From Azolla caroliniana (lineage: Eukaryota > Plantae > Polypodiophyta): a stretch of 64,000 nucleotides of DNA. Below the pieces are notes generated by a model that saw nothing but the letters and a program-made list of their open reading frames with translations, was not told the origin of the DNA and did not search any database. The translations under genes were made by a program, and so were the position numbers. Each line of letters opens with the position of its first letter. Position 1 is the stretch's first letter. This document shows positions 1 through 11,301 of this stretch, piece by piece. The stretch lies in NCBI GenBank assembly GCA_043228905.1, contig JBHGNT010000010.1, positions 10,602,001-10,666,000 of the forward strand. The letters are read 5' to 3'.

Positions 1-836
1 AGATTCACTTGTTGAGAAAAATTTACCAAAATTTGCTCCATGGGAGAATCAAAGTGAGGTTGAAGCAAAAGAGAAGAGTTAAAGCGTAGTGGAGGCTTTC
101 CAAGTAAAGATTTATACATGTCAATTGCATGATTACACACCTCCAAGCAAATAGGAAAGTGATCTGAAGTTCCAACATCTTGTAGAACGTTCATACGAAG
201 TGATGTCGGTAAAAAAGAATCATCATGCATCACATACATTCTATCTAACCAACTCCATGTTTCTCTATGTTGAGCAGATTGGAAGGTAAAACTTGGATCA
301 TTCCCTTGCAACCATGTCCAAACATCCAACTTCAGAACCTCCATAGCCAATGAGTCCCAAGCAAGTTGCTCAGGATCATCCATGATTGAATGTTCAGACG
401 TGGATTGAAATGCATCAACACACATGTTAAAATCGCTCATAAGTAATCCTGGACGTCCAATAGATAGGGTTTGAAGGAGTGAACCCCATAATGCAATACA
501 TTGAGTGGCTTGGTTAGGGGCATAAATCCCAACCACCCACACAACCTCGCCAAAAAAAGTGATTTCTAGAACCAAAAACCGACCATAAGGATCATTATGC
601 ACCACTTGAGAATAATACTTATCCCTCACGATTAATACCACACTTGAATAATGATTATTAAGCTGTCCTGCATAAAATGATGAATATCCACGCAAATGCA
701 CTATGGATCCTGCTAACTCATGACACTTATGCTCAACTACACATACTACATCCCATTCTCTACTTAACAAAGTTTCCCATAGTATATACTTCTTATGAGA
801 ACATGCCCCTCTGACATTCCATGTTACCACTTTCAT
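1..836 (-). CDS. LINE ORF2 N-terminus, APE-type endonuclease (partial)
   Basis: Manual translation from the ATG at 836 stays open to base 1: MKVVTWNVRGA...VGIYAPN...SDFNMC...LDRMY...SDHFP...LRFN. These are the usual L1 EN motifs. Confidence 0.9.
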   Translation of the reverse strand, partial: MKVVTWNVRGACSHKKYILWETLLSREWDVVCVVEHKCHELAGSIVHLRGYSSFYAGQLNNHYSSVVLIVRDKYYSQVVHNDPYGRFLVLEITFFGEVVWVVGIYAPNQATQCIALWGSLLQTLSIGRPGLLMSDFNMCVDAFQSTSEHSIMDDPEQLAWDSLAMEVLKLDVWTWLQGNDPSFTFQSAQHRETWSWLDRMYVMHDDSFLPTSLRMNVLQDVGTSDHFPICLEVCNHAIDMYKSLLGKPPLRFNSSLLLQPHFDSPMEQILVNFSQQVN

Positions 837-849
837 TCAATCAACAATG

Positions 850-2363
850 TTATGGGAGCACTTGCTCCTTTAGAGCAACTGATGTCATGAAACTAGTCAA
901 AGCATGCTCCAATGCTGCATATGGATTTTCATGCACCACATCCTTAGAGTTGTGTATTGAAATCTTTTTTTTAGGTCCTCCTGTTTGACGAAAACCTCGA
1001 GAATTCGATGAATTTACAACTCGTCCCAATGAATCAAATTGAAGGTGAAGGGGTAATCCCTTATCCCTAGATTGTCGTTGCCAAGGAACTTTTCGAGGGC
1101 CCTCCCTAGTTCTTGAATTACCTTGCCAAGTAGTCACACGAGTAGTGGGTAAGCTACTACGCTGCATATTCATTGATTTCCCTTTCGACTTGCCCTTAAC
1201 CTCATGCCAATCTTTGTCAACACATCACTACTAGCTCTATCCAATGGTTTTTTCCCCTTATCTTTAACCACTAAATTATGTTTTTCCATATCCATAGATT
1301 CAATTCCCTTATTCTTAGGGCCCAAACCTTGAAGTGAGACCTCTTTATAACCCGTTCTAGGTGATGTTCCTTCATCCACAAAATCTGACACACCAACATC
1401 TCTCCCAACTCCTTCCTTATCATGCCCTTCAATAGGAACCTCTGTAGTTGAAGGATAATGACCGTGGCATTCCGCCATAAAGTGACCCCATTCACCACAT
1501 CCAAAACAATGACCTGCAAATGTCTCCCCCTTCAGTGTAAAACAAAGACTTCTCATACCAAGAGCATTCATACGCACCCATCCTGGCCTCTTGTGACTTG
1601 TATCCCATAACATATAAAATCTGCACTTATTTGTAGCATTTGCATGTGGAGATACCAACACTTTACCCATTTGAATCATCAACTCTGGTAAAAGTGGGCA
1701 TAAAAAAGCATGCTTACAATCCACTGTAACCCAAACACGACATTCTTGTTTTAACAAAGCATGATAGTCCACTACGGGGGACCATTGCATAACATGCACC
1801 AATCGTTTATCAAAAAACATAGGAACTTTACCCAACAATGCACTTCGATGCTTCGGTGAACGAAATACCACATCATAAAACCCTCGTGGTCCTGCATATA
1901 TATTTTCAACACAATTTGGTGACACGATTGTGTTAAACCATTGTTTAATCCAATTAACATATGGGAGTTTGCCGATAAAAAATAATATAACAGCACGATC
2001 ATAGAATACATCAAATGATTGCAAAACTGCCTTAACATCAACTTCCACATCATGCACATCCTCTTCAATGCATTCTTTCGTTGCATTTTCATTTTCTTCC
2101 ACAATATCCGACAATAAGGTATTGGCAATTCCCCATAAATTATCCCAATTACAGTGATCCTTGTCAACTTCATCTACATGTATTATTTCGGCATATGTTA
2201 ATTTTTTCTCATTAATTTCTTCAATTCCCTTAAACCTCTTAGAGCTTCCAATGTCTTCCCTTTCACGATTACATTCAACCATCACATTACTCTTTTTTGG
2301 ATCGATTGTTTCCATATCAATATCCCCCACAATTTGTGAGGAATTCATGTTTATGTCCATCAT
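850..2363 (-). pseudogene. LINE ORF1 (DUF4283-like region plus CX2CX4HX4C knuckle), apparently frameshifted near 1170-1230
   Basis: ORF 1170..2363 contains GFYDVVF...PMFFDKRLVHVMQWSP and CFGCGEWGHFMAEC. ORF 850..1173 continues in another frame and stops 14 nt before ORF2. Confidence 0.8.
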
Positions 2364-2682
2364 TATATCGATCCGGGATAAAAAAAAAATTCCATGAACA
2401 AGAGAGAAAATCAGAACTCACCCGATTGAAGAGGTCGAAGATTTTGAAAACAATCGAATACCCACAATGAGTTTTGAGTATGTGGATGCCGACAACACAA
2501 GATTCCTTATTGCTATCATTGCTTCTTGTACAAACCACCAAATTCAACTTGCTATATCTCGTTGCGAAGCTCTACTCGAGGGCTTTCCAACGCTTGTCTT
2601 TGTGCCCAATTCCGTTACCGATAGAGAGCGCAACAATAAAAACAAATTCGCTTCTTCTTCCCTTCTCCACCTTGCGTTTTTT

Positions 2683-2727
2683 CCTCCCTCCCTCCCTCCC
2701 TCCCTCCCTCTCTCTCTCTCTCTCTCT
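2683..2727. repeat. (CCCT)n/(CT)n microsatellite
   Basis: Read directly from the sequence. Confidence 0.9.
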
Positions 2728-3469
2728 TTGTATTCTGTGTTCTTTGTTAATGAACTATTCTGTTCAATTTCCAGATAACCGACTAACTAGACTTGGTTCA
2801 TAAGCTTCCGCATCTAACTTTTGATATGGTATTAGAGTGTGAGAGTTGAAAAGCATTCTCCGTAGCCGACGTGGCTTGCTAACACAAGTCTTCAACATGG
2901 CTCCGGAAAAGAAAGAACAGAAACATGGACAAAGGAATGGGTGGTGCTCTTCTGACCCCTGGGATTCCACTATATATAAGACGGTTGTATCATGTGCGTT
3001 GATGACATCATTTATAAACCCCTTATACGTATGGTTTTTACTATTTTAGTGACCCTTTTGTAGAAAAAAGATTAATAAAAATACCCCTTACTACCAATAT
3101 ATTTTTTGATAACAACCCATTTTAAATACCGTTACATATAAAAAATACATGCACACATAGTTTCCAATCTAGAAGGGATCAATGACCGCCTTTACAATTG
3201 ATGACTCGCAAAATTATGAATGAACATTAAACATCATATGCAATTCCTAGACATGCTTCATCAAGTGCCACATAGATTGAAAACACAATGTGTAAAGTAC
3301 AAAGTAATGCACACACAATTAGGAAACATTACCCAAAAACACTAGAGGTATAACATATATAAGCAACATATAAGTGTTTTTTTAGTTTATTGAGACATAT
3401 GAAGAATATACCGTGATAAAAAAACAATGTAATTTACAAAAAAACAATCTTGAACTTGATATATATATC

Positions 3470-3781
3470 TCAAAGAGCACACGTGCAACAATCCAAAATG
3501 CATATCAATAATGAAATTACTAACAAATTAACATTATGTTTAGTTTCATGGATAGACTCATATGAAGCCATGACATTATTTTTTCTCTCTTGTTTCCCAT
3601 TCAAAATATTATATTTTGTGTACACAAAGGAAAATGGTTCATAAAATATATCGTCCTCAATTATTTCCACTCGGATATTTGCATATGTAAGAGTTCCTCT
3701 CACACTTACAATGCCCAAAGGTTTATCTTCATCATCCCTCTCATGTTCAAACACTTCAATAATAGATTCTTCATCCATTAT
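3470..3781 (-). other. Isolated exon-like segment of unknown origin
   Basis: Protein-like ORF (MDEESIIEVFEHERDDEDKPLGIVSVRGTLTYANIRVEII...) preceded by a TTTGTAG acceptor-like site. I recognise no domain. Confidence 0.3.
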
Positions 3782-3819
3782 CTACAAATAGAATGGCCCA
3801 CCTATCACTTTTCATATAA

Positions 3820-6800
3820 CCATACATCATATATATGTGTGTATGCGTGCCTTGTGAATGTGGTATTCATGTGTGATTTGTGTGTGTGTATGTATGTTCC
3901 GTACATCATATATGTTTGTATGTGTTATGCATGTGTGTGTTTTTTATGTTTGTGTGTGTGTATGTATGTTCCATACATCATATATGTTTGTATGTGGTAT
4001 GTATGTCTGTCGTGTGTTTTGTTTGTGTGTGTATGTATGTTCCATACATCATATATGTTTGTATGCGGTATGCATGTGTGTTGTGTGTGTATGTATACAT
4101 GTGTGTGTGTGTGTGTGTGGTGTGGGTATTGTATGGATTGTATTGCATGTGTATATATGTATGTGTGTATGTATGTATGTACACCTTCTATTGAATTGTG
4201 TGTATGTATACATGTGTGTTTGTGTGTGTACATATTGTATTGTATGTATGTGTTATGTGTAAATGTGTATGTATGTCAGTGTATATAGGTATGTGTGTAT
4301 GTATGTACATATTGTATTAATTTCGTTTATTGTATATATTGTATGTATGGCATGTGTGTATGATTGTATATGTTATGTGAGTGAGTGATTGTGTGTGTGT
4401 GTGTGTGTGTTTATGTGTTTATGTTTGTACGTGAGTGTGTGTAAGTCTAAGAATTTATGTGTTGGTTAATGTATGATGTTTGTACTTATGTGTACCTGTA
4501 AAATATTTGTAGAGTAGTTGTGGCAGCCCTGACAGAGATAATGGTGAGCAAAAGCGGCATGACAAGGCGAGCGGCGGCAGCAAAATGAGAACGGAGCCGG
4601 CAAAACGAGGACAAAAGCAACAAGGGGAGAAGAGGCGACGACAACAATGAGGAGAGAAGAGGAGGTAGAGCAAAGGAGGAAGTAGCAAAATTCTAAATTT
4701 AAGAAAACATGAATGTTTGAATATTATGTTTAGTATGAATGTATGTATGTATGTATGTATGTGCACGTAATGTATGCATGTATGTATGAATATATATATG
4801 TAATGTATGCATGTCTTTATATTCTAAGCCCTACCCCTCCCCAACTTTCTCCTATTTTCAGCCCTACCCCTCCCCTATTTTCTTCTATTTCTAGCCCTAC
4901 CCCTTACCCATTTTTTCCTATTCTCACTCAAACCCCTCTCCCACATTTTTTTTGTTTTTTCTTTAGAATGTTTTCACGTTTATAACTTATCACTTTTATG
5001 ATTTAACTTAAACATTCATACCCCTCATATATATATTTTACATACACATACATACATATTATAAACAAACATCCACACACATATATGCATACACATACAA
5101 ATATACATACATTACATATTACATATATACACACATAGAATGAACCATACGTAACATACGTGCATTCGCATTCAAGAATGATTCAACCAAACGTGTATGG
5201 TAAATCATCTCAAAATTGGATTGGATTGACAAGTTGGATTGGATTGACTAGGGTCTATATTATGTATTGATTCACTCTCAATCCTAATAAGTGGACTCTA
5301 ATCCATTGTGAACCATCAACATAAGTATGGTTGCAATATTTGCATTGTATCACATGCATACTTTTGGGATGCGAATCAAGACATCTATATCATCCTCACT
5401 TTAGAACTTTACAAAAAAATGAGTATGAACTATAGAGATTGAATCAAAATATGTCATTATAAATTATAATCAAACGTTCAAAAACTCATAAAACGTATAT
5501 TCGAGAATATGAAGAAAACATAACATAGGCAGTAGTAGCATAACAACTTACCACTAGGGTGACCTAATTTCTAATAACAAAGAAAGAAAGAAAGAAAGAA
5601 AAAGGAACATGACACTAACATGAAATTTTGCCATGACATAGGTAGTAGTAGCATAACAACTTACCACTCGGGTGACCTAATTTCTAATAACAAAGAAAGA
5701 AAGAAAAAGAAGAAAAAGGAACATGACACTAACATAAAATTTTGCCATGACACTAACAAGAGGATATGGGTAAGTTGGGAATCCAATCCAAGACACAAGT
5801 AATAGTAGCACAACAACTTACCACTAGGTTGTGCTTAGTTGTAAATTGTAATAATAAAGAAACAAAAGAAAAAAACTATTATAACACCAACATAAAATTT
5901 TGCTATGACATGGTAATAATGAGAGAGAGAGATGAGAAAATTGGGAATGGAACCCAAGACATAGACAACAATAACATGACTCCTTACCACTATGAAAAAA
6001 AAAACAAAAAAAAGGAGCACGTATTTTTCCCATTTCAAACGTGTTTGTTTCCAAACGTTGTAATGCTTGCACAAACACGAATATTACGTTCTATGTATAC
6101 ACATATGTACATTCCTATATCCATTCGTTCATGTTTATTCATGCAAGCATACATGTTTTATGCATACATTACATATATATATATATATATTCATTCATTC
6201 ATACATGCATACATTACGTGCCCGTACATACATACATACATACATACATACATACATACATACTAAACATAACATTCAAACATTCATGTACGAATGTACA
6301 TATGTGTATGCGTATGTCATGTATGTAATGTATGTCCATGTACGAATGTACATATGTGTATGCATATATGTAATGTATGTATTTATGTGTATACATATGT
6401 AAATGTACATGATTCAATGTATATGGATGTGTGATTGTAATATGTGCATAATATGTATGTATATGTAGCAATTTATAAATGAACATATGTATGTTCATGT
6501 ACAAATGTACATATGTGTATGCATATATCCATATGTAATGTATGTGTATTCATATATCCATATGACAATGTACACTATTCAATGTGTATGGATGTGTGAT
6601 TGTAATATGTGCATAATATTTATGTATATATCTAATGTATGTATATGTAGCAATGTATAAATGAATATAGGTATGTCCATGTACAAATGTACATATGTGT
6701 ATATGAATGTGATTGTAATATATGCATATGCAATGTATGTCTGTACATGCATGAATGTATATATGTGTATTATGTATATATGTAATATGTAATGTATGTA

Positions 6801-7335
6801 TGTTTGTATGTGTACAGTGTATGCATACATGAGTGTGTGGATGTTTGTTCGTAATGTTTATGTATATATGTATGTATTGTAGTTTGTGATGATATGTATG
6901 TACATATGTATGTGTATGTAACGTATTTATGTGTATGCATGTATGTATATATGTATATATGTGTATAGATGTATGTTTGTAAAACTTATAACATTGTAGG
7001 CATATGTACATGTGGTGATATGTGGAATATGTATGTATATGTATGCATATATGTATATGTCAATATACATGATTCAATGGGTATGAATGTGTTTGTAATA
7101 TGCGCATAACATGTATGTATATATCCAATGTAGGTATGTGTATGTATATGTGTGTGTGTATGTGGTCATATGTATGTAAATGTATGAATGTATGTATGCG
7201 TATATATGTAATGTATTTATGTATGTATATTTTTGGGATATTTTCATGTTTAGTATGTATATGGCTCGTATATGGATGTATGTTTGTAATCTGTACGTAA
7301 TATGCATGTATATATCCAATGTATGTGTATACTCT
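3820..7335. repeat. Extended TG/CA- and TA-rich low-complexity region of degenerate (ATGT)n, (GT)n and (ATAC)n tracts with unique spacers
   Basis: Main tracts at about 3820-4450, 4735-4815, 5030-5135 and 6090-7335. They explain the C/V/Y/M- and H/T/I/Y-rich ORFs. Confidence 0.9.
5524..5910. repeat. 113-bp tandem repeat (two good copies and one degenerate copy)
   Basis: CATAGG(C/T)AGTAGTAGCATAACAACTTACCACT... starts at 5524 and 5637; a looser third copy lies at about 5795-5910. Confidence 0.85.
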
Positions 7336-7552
7336 TATTGATGTCTTCATTTGGTTGTAGTTATAGTAGATGAAGTTGGCTTGTCCTATTCATGACGCTT
7401 GTCATAGCCCTCACGTGCCCTTTTTACAATGGCCCAATTTGAAATGAAACCAGATTCATTTTCTTGAAGAAGCCCAACGACTTATCAATCTCAAAGTGAC
7501 CATGTGTGTCCATGATTTTCTCTTTATCTTGTCACGGTTAGTCATGTTATCT

Positions 7553-7577
7553 GGGTAAAAGCATGCGAGTGGAAACA
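7553..7577 (+). repeat. Left TIR GGGTAAAAGCATGCGAGTGGAAACA
   Basis: Reverse complement of 23109-23133 with 2 mismatches. Confidence 0.92.
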
Positions 7578-8104
7578 CTATTATAGCTAATTAGCTACTA
7601 AAATGGCCATAGCTAATTAGCTATTTGTTTAGCTAGTCTTTTTTGTGGGAAAATCAAATATTTGAAAAACTAATTTATGAAAAAACTCAAATATTTGAAC
7701 TTCTGTTTCAGACGTAGTGGAACTTGGGGAATAGCACCATCATCTAAGGTCGACTTCAATGTCATCAATTTCCTGTTTAGCCTAAGTTTGATTTTGAATG
7801 CAGATGGAGTACTCAGAGCACGAACGTAGACGTAGCTCCCGCAGCAGCAGAAAATCGACATTGCAGATTGAGAGCTACAACACAGAACCCGCTTGATCAT
7901 CGTCCAGGTATGTTTCAGTTACAGAAACCCCAAACATTTGTTTTTTCTTTTTGACTATTGTCTGAACTTTAGTTCTGATTCATATTTCCCCAAAATCGAA
8001 TAGGGCGAAGTCCTTGGAGTCTCATACAAGGATGTCTCGCAGATCGGGGAGTAGCAGCAGGTGTGTTTATATTACTTTTTTTGTGTTTAATCCTGTCTTT
8101 AGTG

Positions 8105-8660
8105 ATGATTGGGGTTTCTGATTGAAATTTCTGATTAGGGTTTTTGTTTATAAATTTCTGATTAGGGTTTGTGATTGAAATTTCTGATTAGGGTTTTTGA
8201 TTGAAATTTTTGATTACGGTTTTCTATTATAAATTTCTGATTAGAATTTCTGAATAGGGTTTTTGGTTACAAATTTTGATTACAGATTAGAATTTCTGAA
8301 TAGGGTTTTTGTTTATAAATTTCTATTTAGAATTTCCGATTCGGGTTTGTGATTGAAATTTCTGATTAGGGTTTCTGATTGAAATTTTTGATTAGGGTTT
8401 TTGATTATAAATTTCTGATTACAATTTCTGAATAGGGTTTCTGGTTACAAACTTCTGATTACAGATTTTGATTAGGGTTTCTGATTTCAAACTTCTGATT
8501 ACAGATTTTGATTAGGGTTTCTGATTTCAAATTTCTGAATACAAATTATGATCAGGGTTTCTGATTTGCTAAGTTAAAGAGTTTGCACTATTTCAGTTGT
8601 TGTTGATTGGGGTTTCTGATTCTGACATATTCTGATTTTGCACTATTTCTGATTTTTGAA
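8105..8660. repeat. Degenerate tandem array of (TTAGGG)TTT(C/T)TGATT/AATTTCTGAT units in a probable 5' intron of the cargo gene
   Basis: Many TAGGGTTT copies lie between a CAG|GTGTG donor-like site (about 8060) and a TTTCAG|ATG acceptor (8672). Confidence 0.8.
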
Positions 8661-8672
8661 ATGATATTTCAG

Positions 8673-10019
8673 ATGGCTCGTTCCTCCGTATTCGAAAGTG
8701 CTAAACTTCGCAAAATTTTGCGAGACAAAGGAGGACTTCCACAACACCTATGGTCTGTCACTCGAGGGTGTTGACCCTGTTGTCCTAAGTGATAAATTGA
8801 TCAGTGATGTAGACTAGATGACAGTATATATAGTGCCTAGAGTCAAAGGCAAGGTCAAGCTGAAGCATGTACGAGCCGACTTGTACAATGACTGCATGAG
8901 GCTGCACCAGAAAGTTCATCAGGAGATCCCAGTCAACAATGAGTTGTCAGTTTCATTTGCTAGAGCATTTGCATATGAGTACTACAAAACAACGAAGGAA
9001 TCCAGAGACCCTGAAATGTATAGGGTAGCTTGGGCAGTCTATGGTGAGGCATCGGTAAAAAGATGCCGAAAGATGGGGACCTTGGCACAAAAAATAGACA
9101 GATTTTGGAGCATGGCAGCTGTTGATGCAACTGTCGACTCCCAACAAAACAGGGGGCATACACCACACTGACACCCAAGGAAAGCCAATGTCGATGATAC
9201 AGGTGAGACATTGGTTAGTTATATGCTAAAAAATGTCCATGAAGTCTGTGAGACATTGGCATTTTTTAAGACTGATTTAGAGAATGCCACAATGGCTTCT
9301 GCAATGGAGAGCAAAGTTACTTCCATTGTTACAACGATAAGAAATAAGATTCAGGTAACTATTGTTTTGCTGGTATGTGATTGTGTTATAAATAACTTTA
9401 AGGGTAAAATGTGCTAATCAAGCATTATCTGGAATAGGTTGCGCAACAGGAGCTTGAATTAGAGGGGCCACTGGATCCCCAACGTAAAATACAACTGCAA
9501 ATAGAGATCCAGGTTCTTTCAATGAACCTGAACCTTCTAGGTGTAAATATTGTTGCAGATTACAATTTGGAAAAGCTTCAAGTAAGTTAACGATTCCTGA
9601 GCAAAGTTGGTGTATCTTTCTCAGACAAGAATAATTAATCGGTAAATTTCTCTGTTGCGTTGAAGGAACAATACATTCATCAAGAACAGGTAGTTAGCTG
9701 CCTTAAGAAGCAGCTACATTTTGTGGAGGGAATGGTAAGGACCAGACAGGATTTGGACCTGAACATTCTTGCTCCCTTACCAAATGAAGGAGAACCAGAA
9801 AATGATTTATTGACAGTTCAAGCACGTTGCATTGCTTGCGGGTTAGGTGTGGAGGACAAAACTGCGTCTTTGTTGGTTCACCTACAACCATGCAACCACA
9901 CATACCATCTACTTTGTTTTCAACATGCCTGTCGAATTGCTGCATTCTGTTTGGGAGATTGCAGTACAACTCTACCAAATGAGTGGAGAAAACTAACAAG
10001 TATACCATACTGTAGATAA
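8673..10019 (+). pseudogene. Transposon cargo, 5' part: multi-exon region ending in a RING-H2-like zinc finger
   Basis: ATG follows the acceptor at 8673. Exon-like ORFs 8818-9171, 9211-9354 and 9660-10019, with GT donors and some disablements. The last has CIAC-x17-CNHTYHLLC-x10-CLGDC. Confidence 0.6.
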
Positions 10020-10029
10020 GCTTAGTCTT

Positions 10030-11285
10030 TTCTAATTAGCTAAGCCGTAAAAAAGTATGGAAACTATTTTGCTACTATCGTTGTAGCTAATTAGCTACTA
10101 CCATAGTTGATTAAAGCAGCTAATAGCTATCCTATTAGCTAATTAGCTATTGCCATAGTTTACTACAGTAGTTAATTAGCTAAGTGGCAGCTAGTTAGCT
10201 ACTAGGTAATTAGCTATCCTACTCGCAGCTAATTAACTACTGGCAGCTAGTTAGCTACTCATAGCTAATTAGCTAGTACCATAGTTGTGTAAAGTAGCTA
10301 ATTAGGTATCCTACTAGCTAATTAGCTACTGGCAGCTAATGAGCTACTAGCTAATTAGCTATCCTAGTAGCTACTAGGTAATTAGCTATCCTACTCGCAG
10401 CTAATTAACTACTGGCAGCTAGTTAGCTACTCATAGTTAGCTACTAGGTAATTAGCTATCCTACTCGCAGCTAATTAACTACTGGCAGCTAGTTAGCTAC
10501 TCATAGCTAATTAGCTAGTACCATAGTTGTGTAAAGTAGCTAATTAGGTATCCTACTAGCTAATTAGCTACTGGCAGCTAATGAGCTACTAGCTAATTAG
10601 CTATCCTAGTAGCTAATTAGCTATGGTACTAGCTAATTCAGTAGTGCCATAGTTGTGTAAAAAAGCTAATTAGCTATCCTACTAGCTAATTAGCTACTGG
10701 CAACTAATTAGCTACTAGGGTAGCTAATTAGCTATCCTAGTAGCTAATTAGCTACTGCAATAGTTGTGTAAAGTAGCTAATAAGCTATCCTAGCTACTAC
10801 ATAGTTGAGAAAGTAGCTAATTAGCTATCATTGTAGCTAATTAGCTTTCCTAGTAGCTAATTAGCTATCCTACTAGCTAATTAGCTACTGCCATAGTTGT
10901 GTAAAGTAGCTAATTAGCTATCCTAGCTATTACCATGGTTGAGAAAAGTAGCTAATTAGCTATCCTAGCTACTACCATAGTTGAGTAAAGTAGTTAATTA
11001 GCTATCCTAGCTACTACCATAGTTGAGTAAAGTAGCTAATTAACTATCCTAGCTACTACCATAGTTAGTAAAGTAGCTAATTAGCTATCCTAGCTACTAC
11101 CATAGTTAGTAAAGTAGCTAATTAGCTATCCTAGCTACTACCATAGTTGAGTAAAGTAGCTAATTAGCTATCCTAGCTACTACCATAGTTGAGTAAAGTA
11201 GCTAATTAGCTATCGTACTAGCTAATTAGCTATCCTAGCTTCTACCATAGTTTAGTAAAATAGCTAATTAGCTATCCTAAATAGC
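10030..11285. repeat. Array of the palindrome TAGCTAATTAGCTA with higher-order duplications
   Basis: Dozens of copies. A block of about 180 bp is repeated (about 10190 and 10435), and 41-43-bp units repeat at about 10950-11270. Confidence 0.95.
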
Positions 11286-11301
11286 TGCCATGTTATTGTA
11301 G

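Larger units (their letters stand above)
1..2620 (-). mobile_element. L1-clade LINE, 5' portion (5' UTR, ORF1, start of ORF2); continues beyond the left edge of the window
   Basis: ORF1 with a zinc knuckle is followed on the same strand by an APE-endonuclease ORF2. The 5' boundary is approximate. Confidence 0.85.

Noticed and set aside
3025-5175. 11-bp inverted match TACGTATGGTT/AACCATACGTA as TIRs, or a decayed Helitron end near 5145-5175
   Set aside because: Too short, no clear TSD and no terminal CTAG.
3590-7350. Many ORFs rich in C/V/Y/M or H/T/I/Y
   Set aside because: They are translations of TG/CA microsatellite-like DNA and are open in several frames on both strands.
8105-8660. Interstitial telomere
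   Set aside because: TTAGGG motifs are single and separated by other repeat sequence, not tandem TTTAGGG.
10030-11285. Palindromic repeat array as a CRISPR array
   Set aside because: Spacers are short and themselves repeated, there are no cas genes, and the context is eukaryotic with introns.
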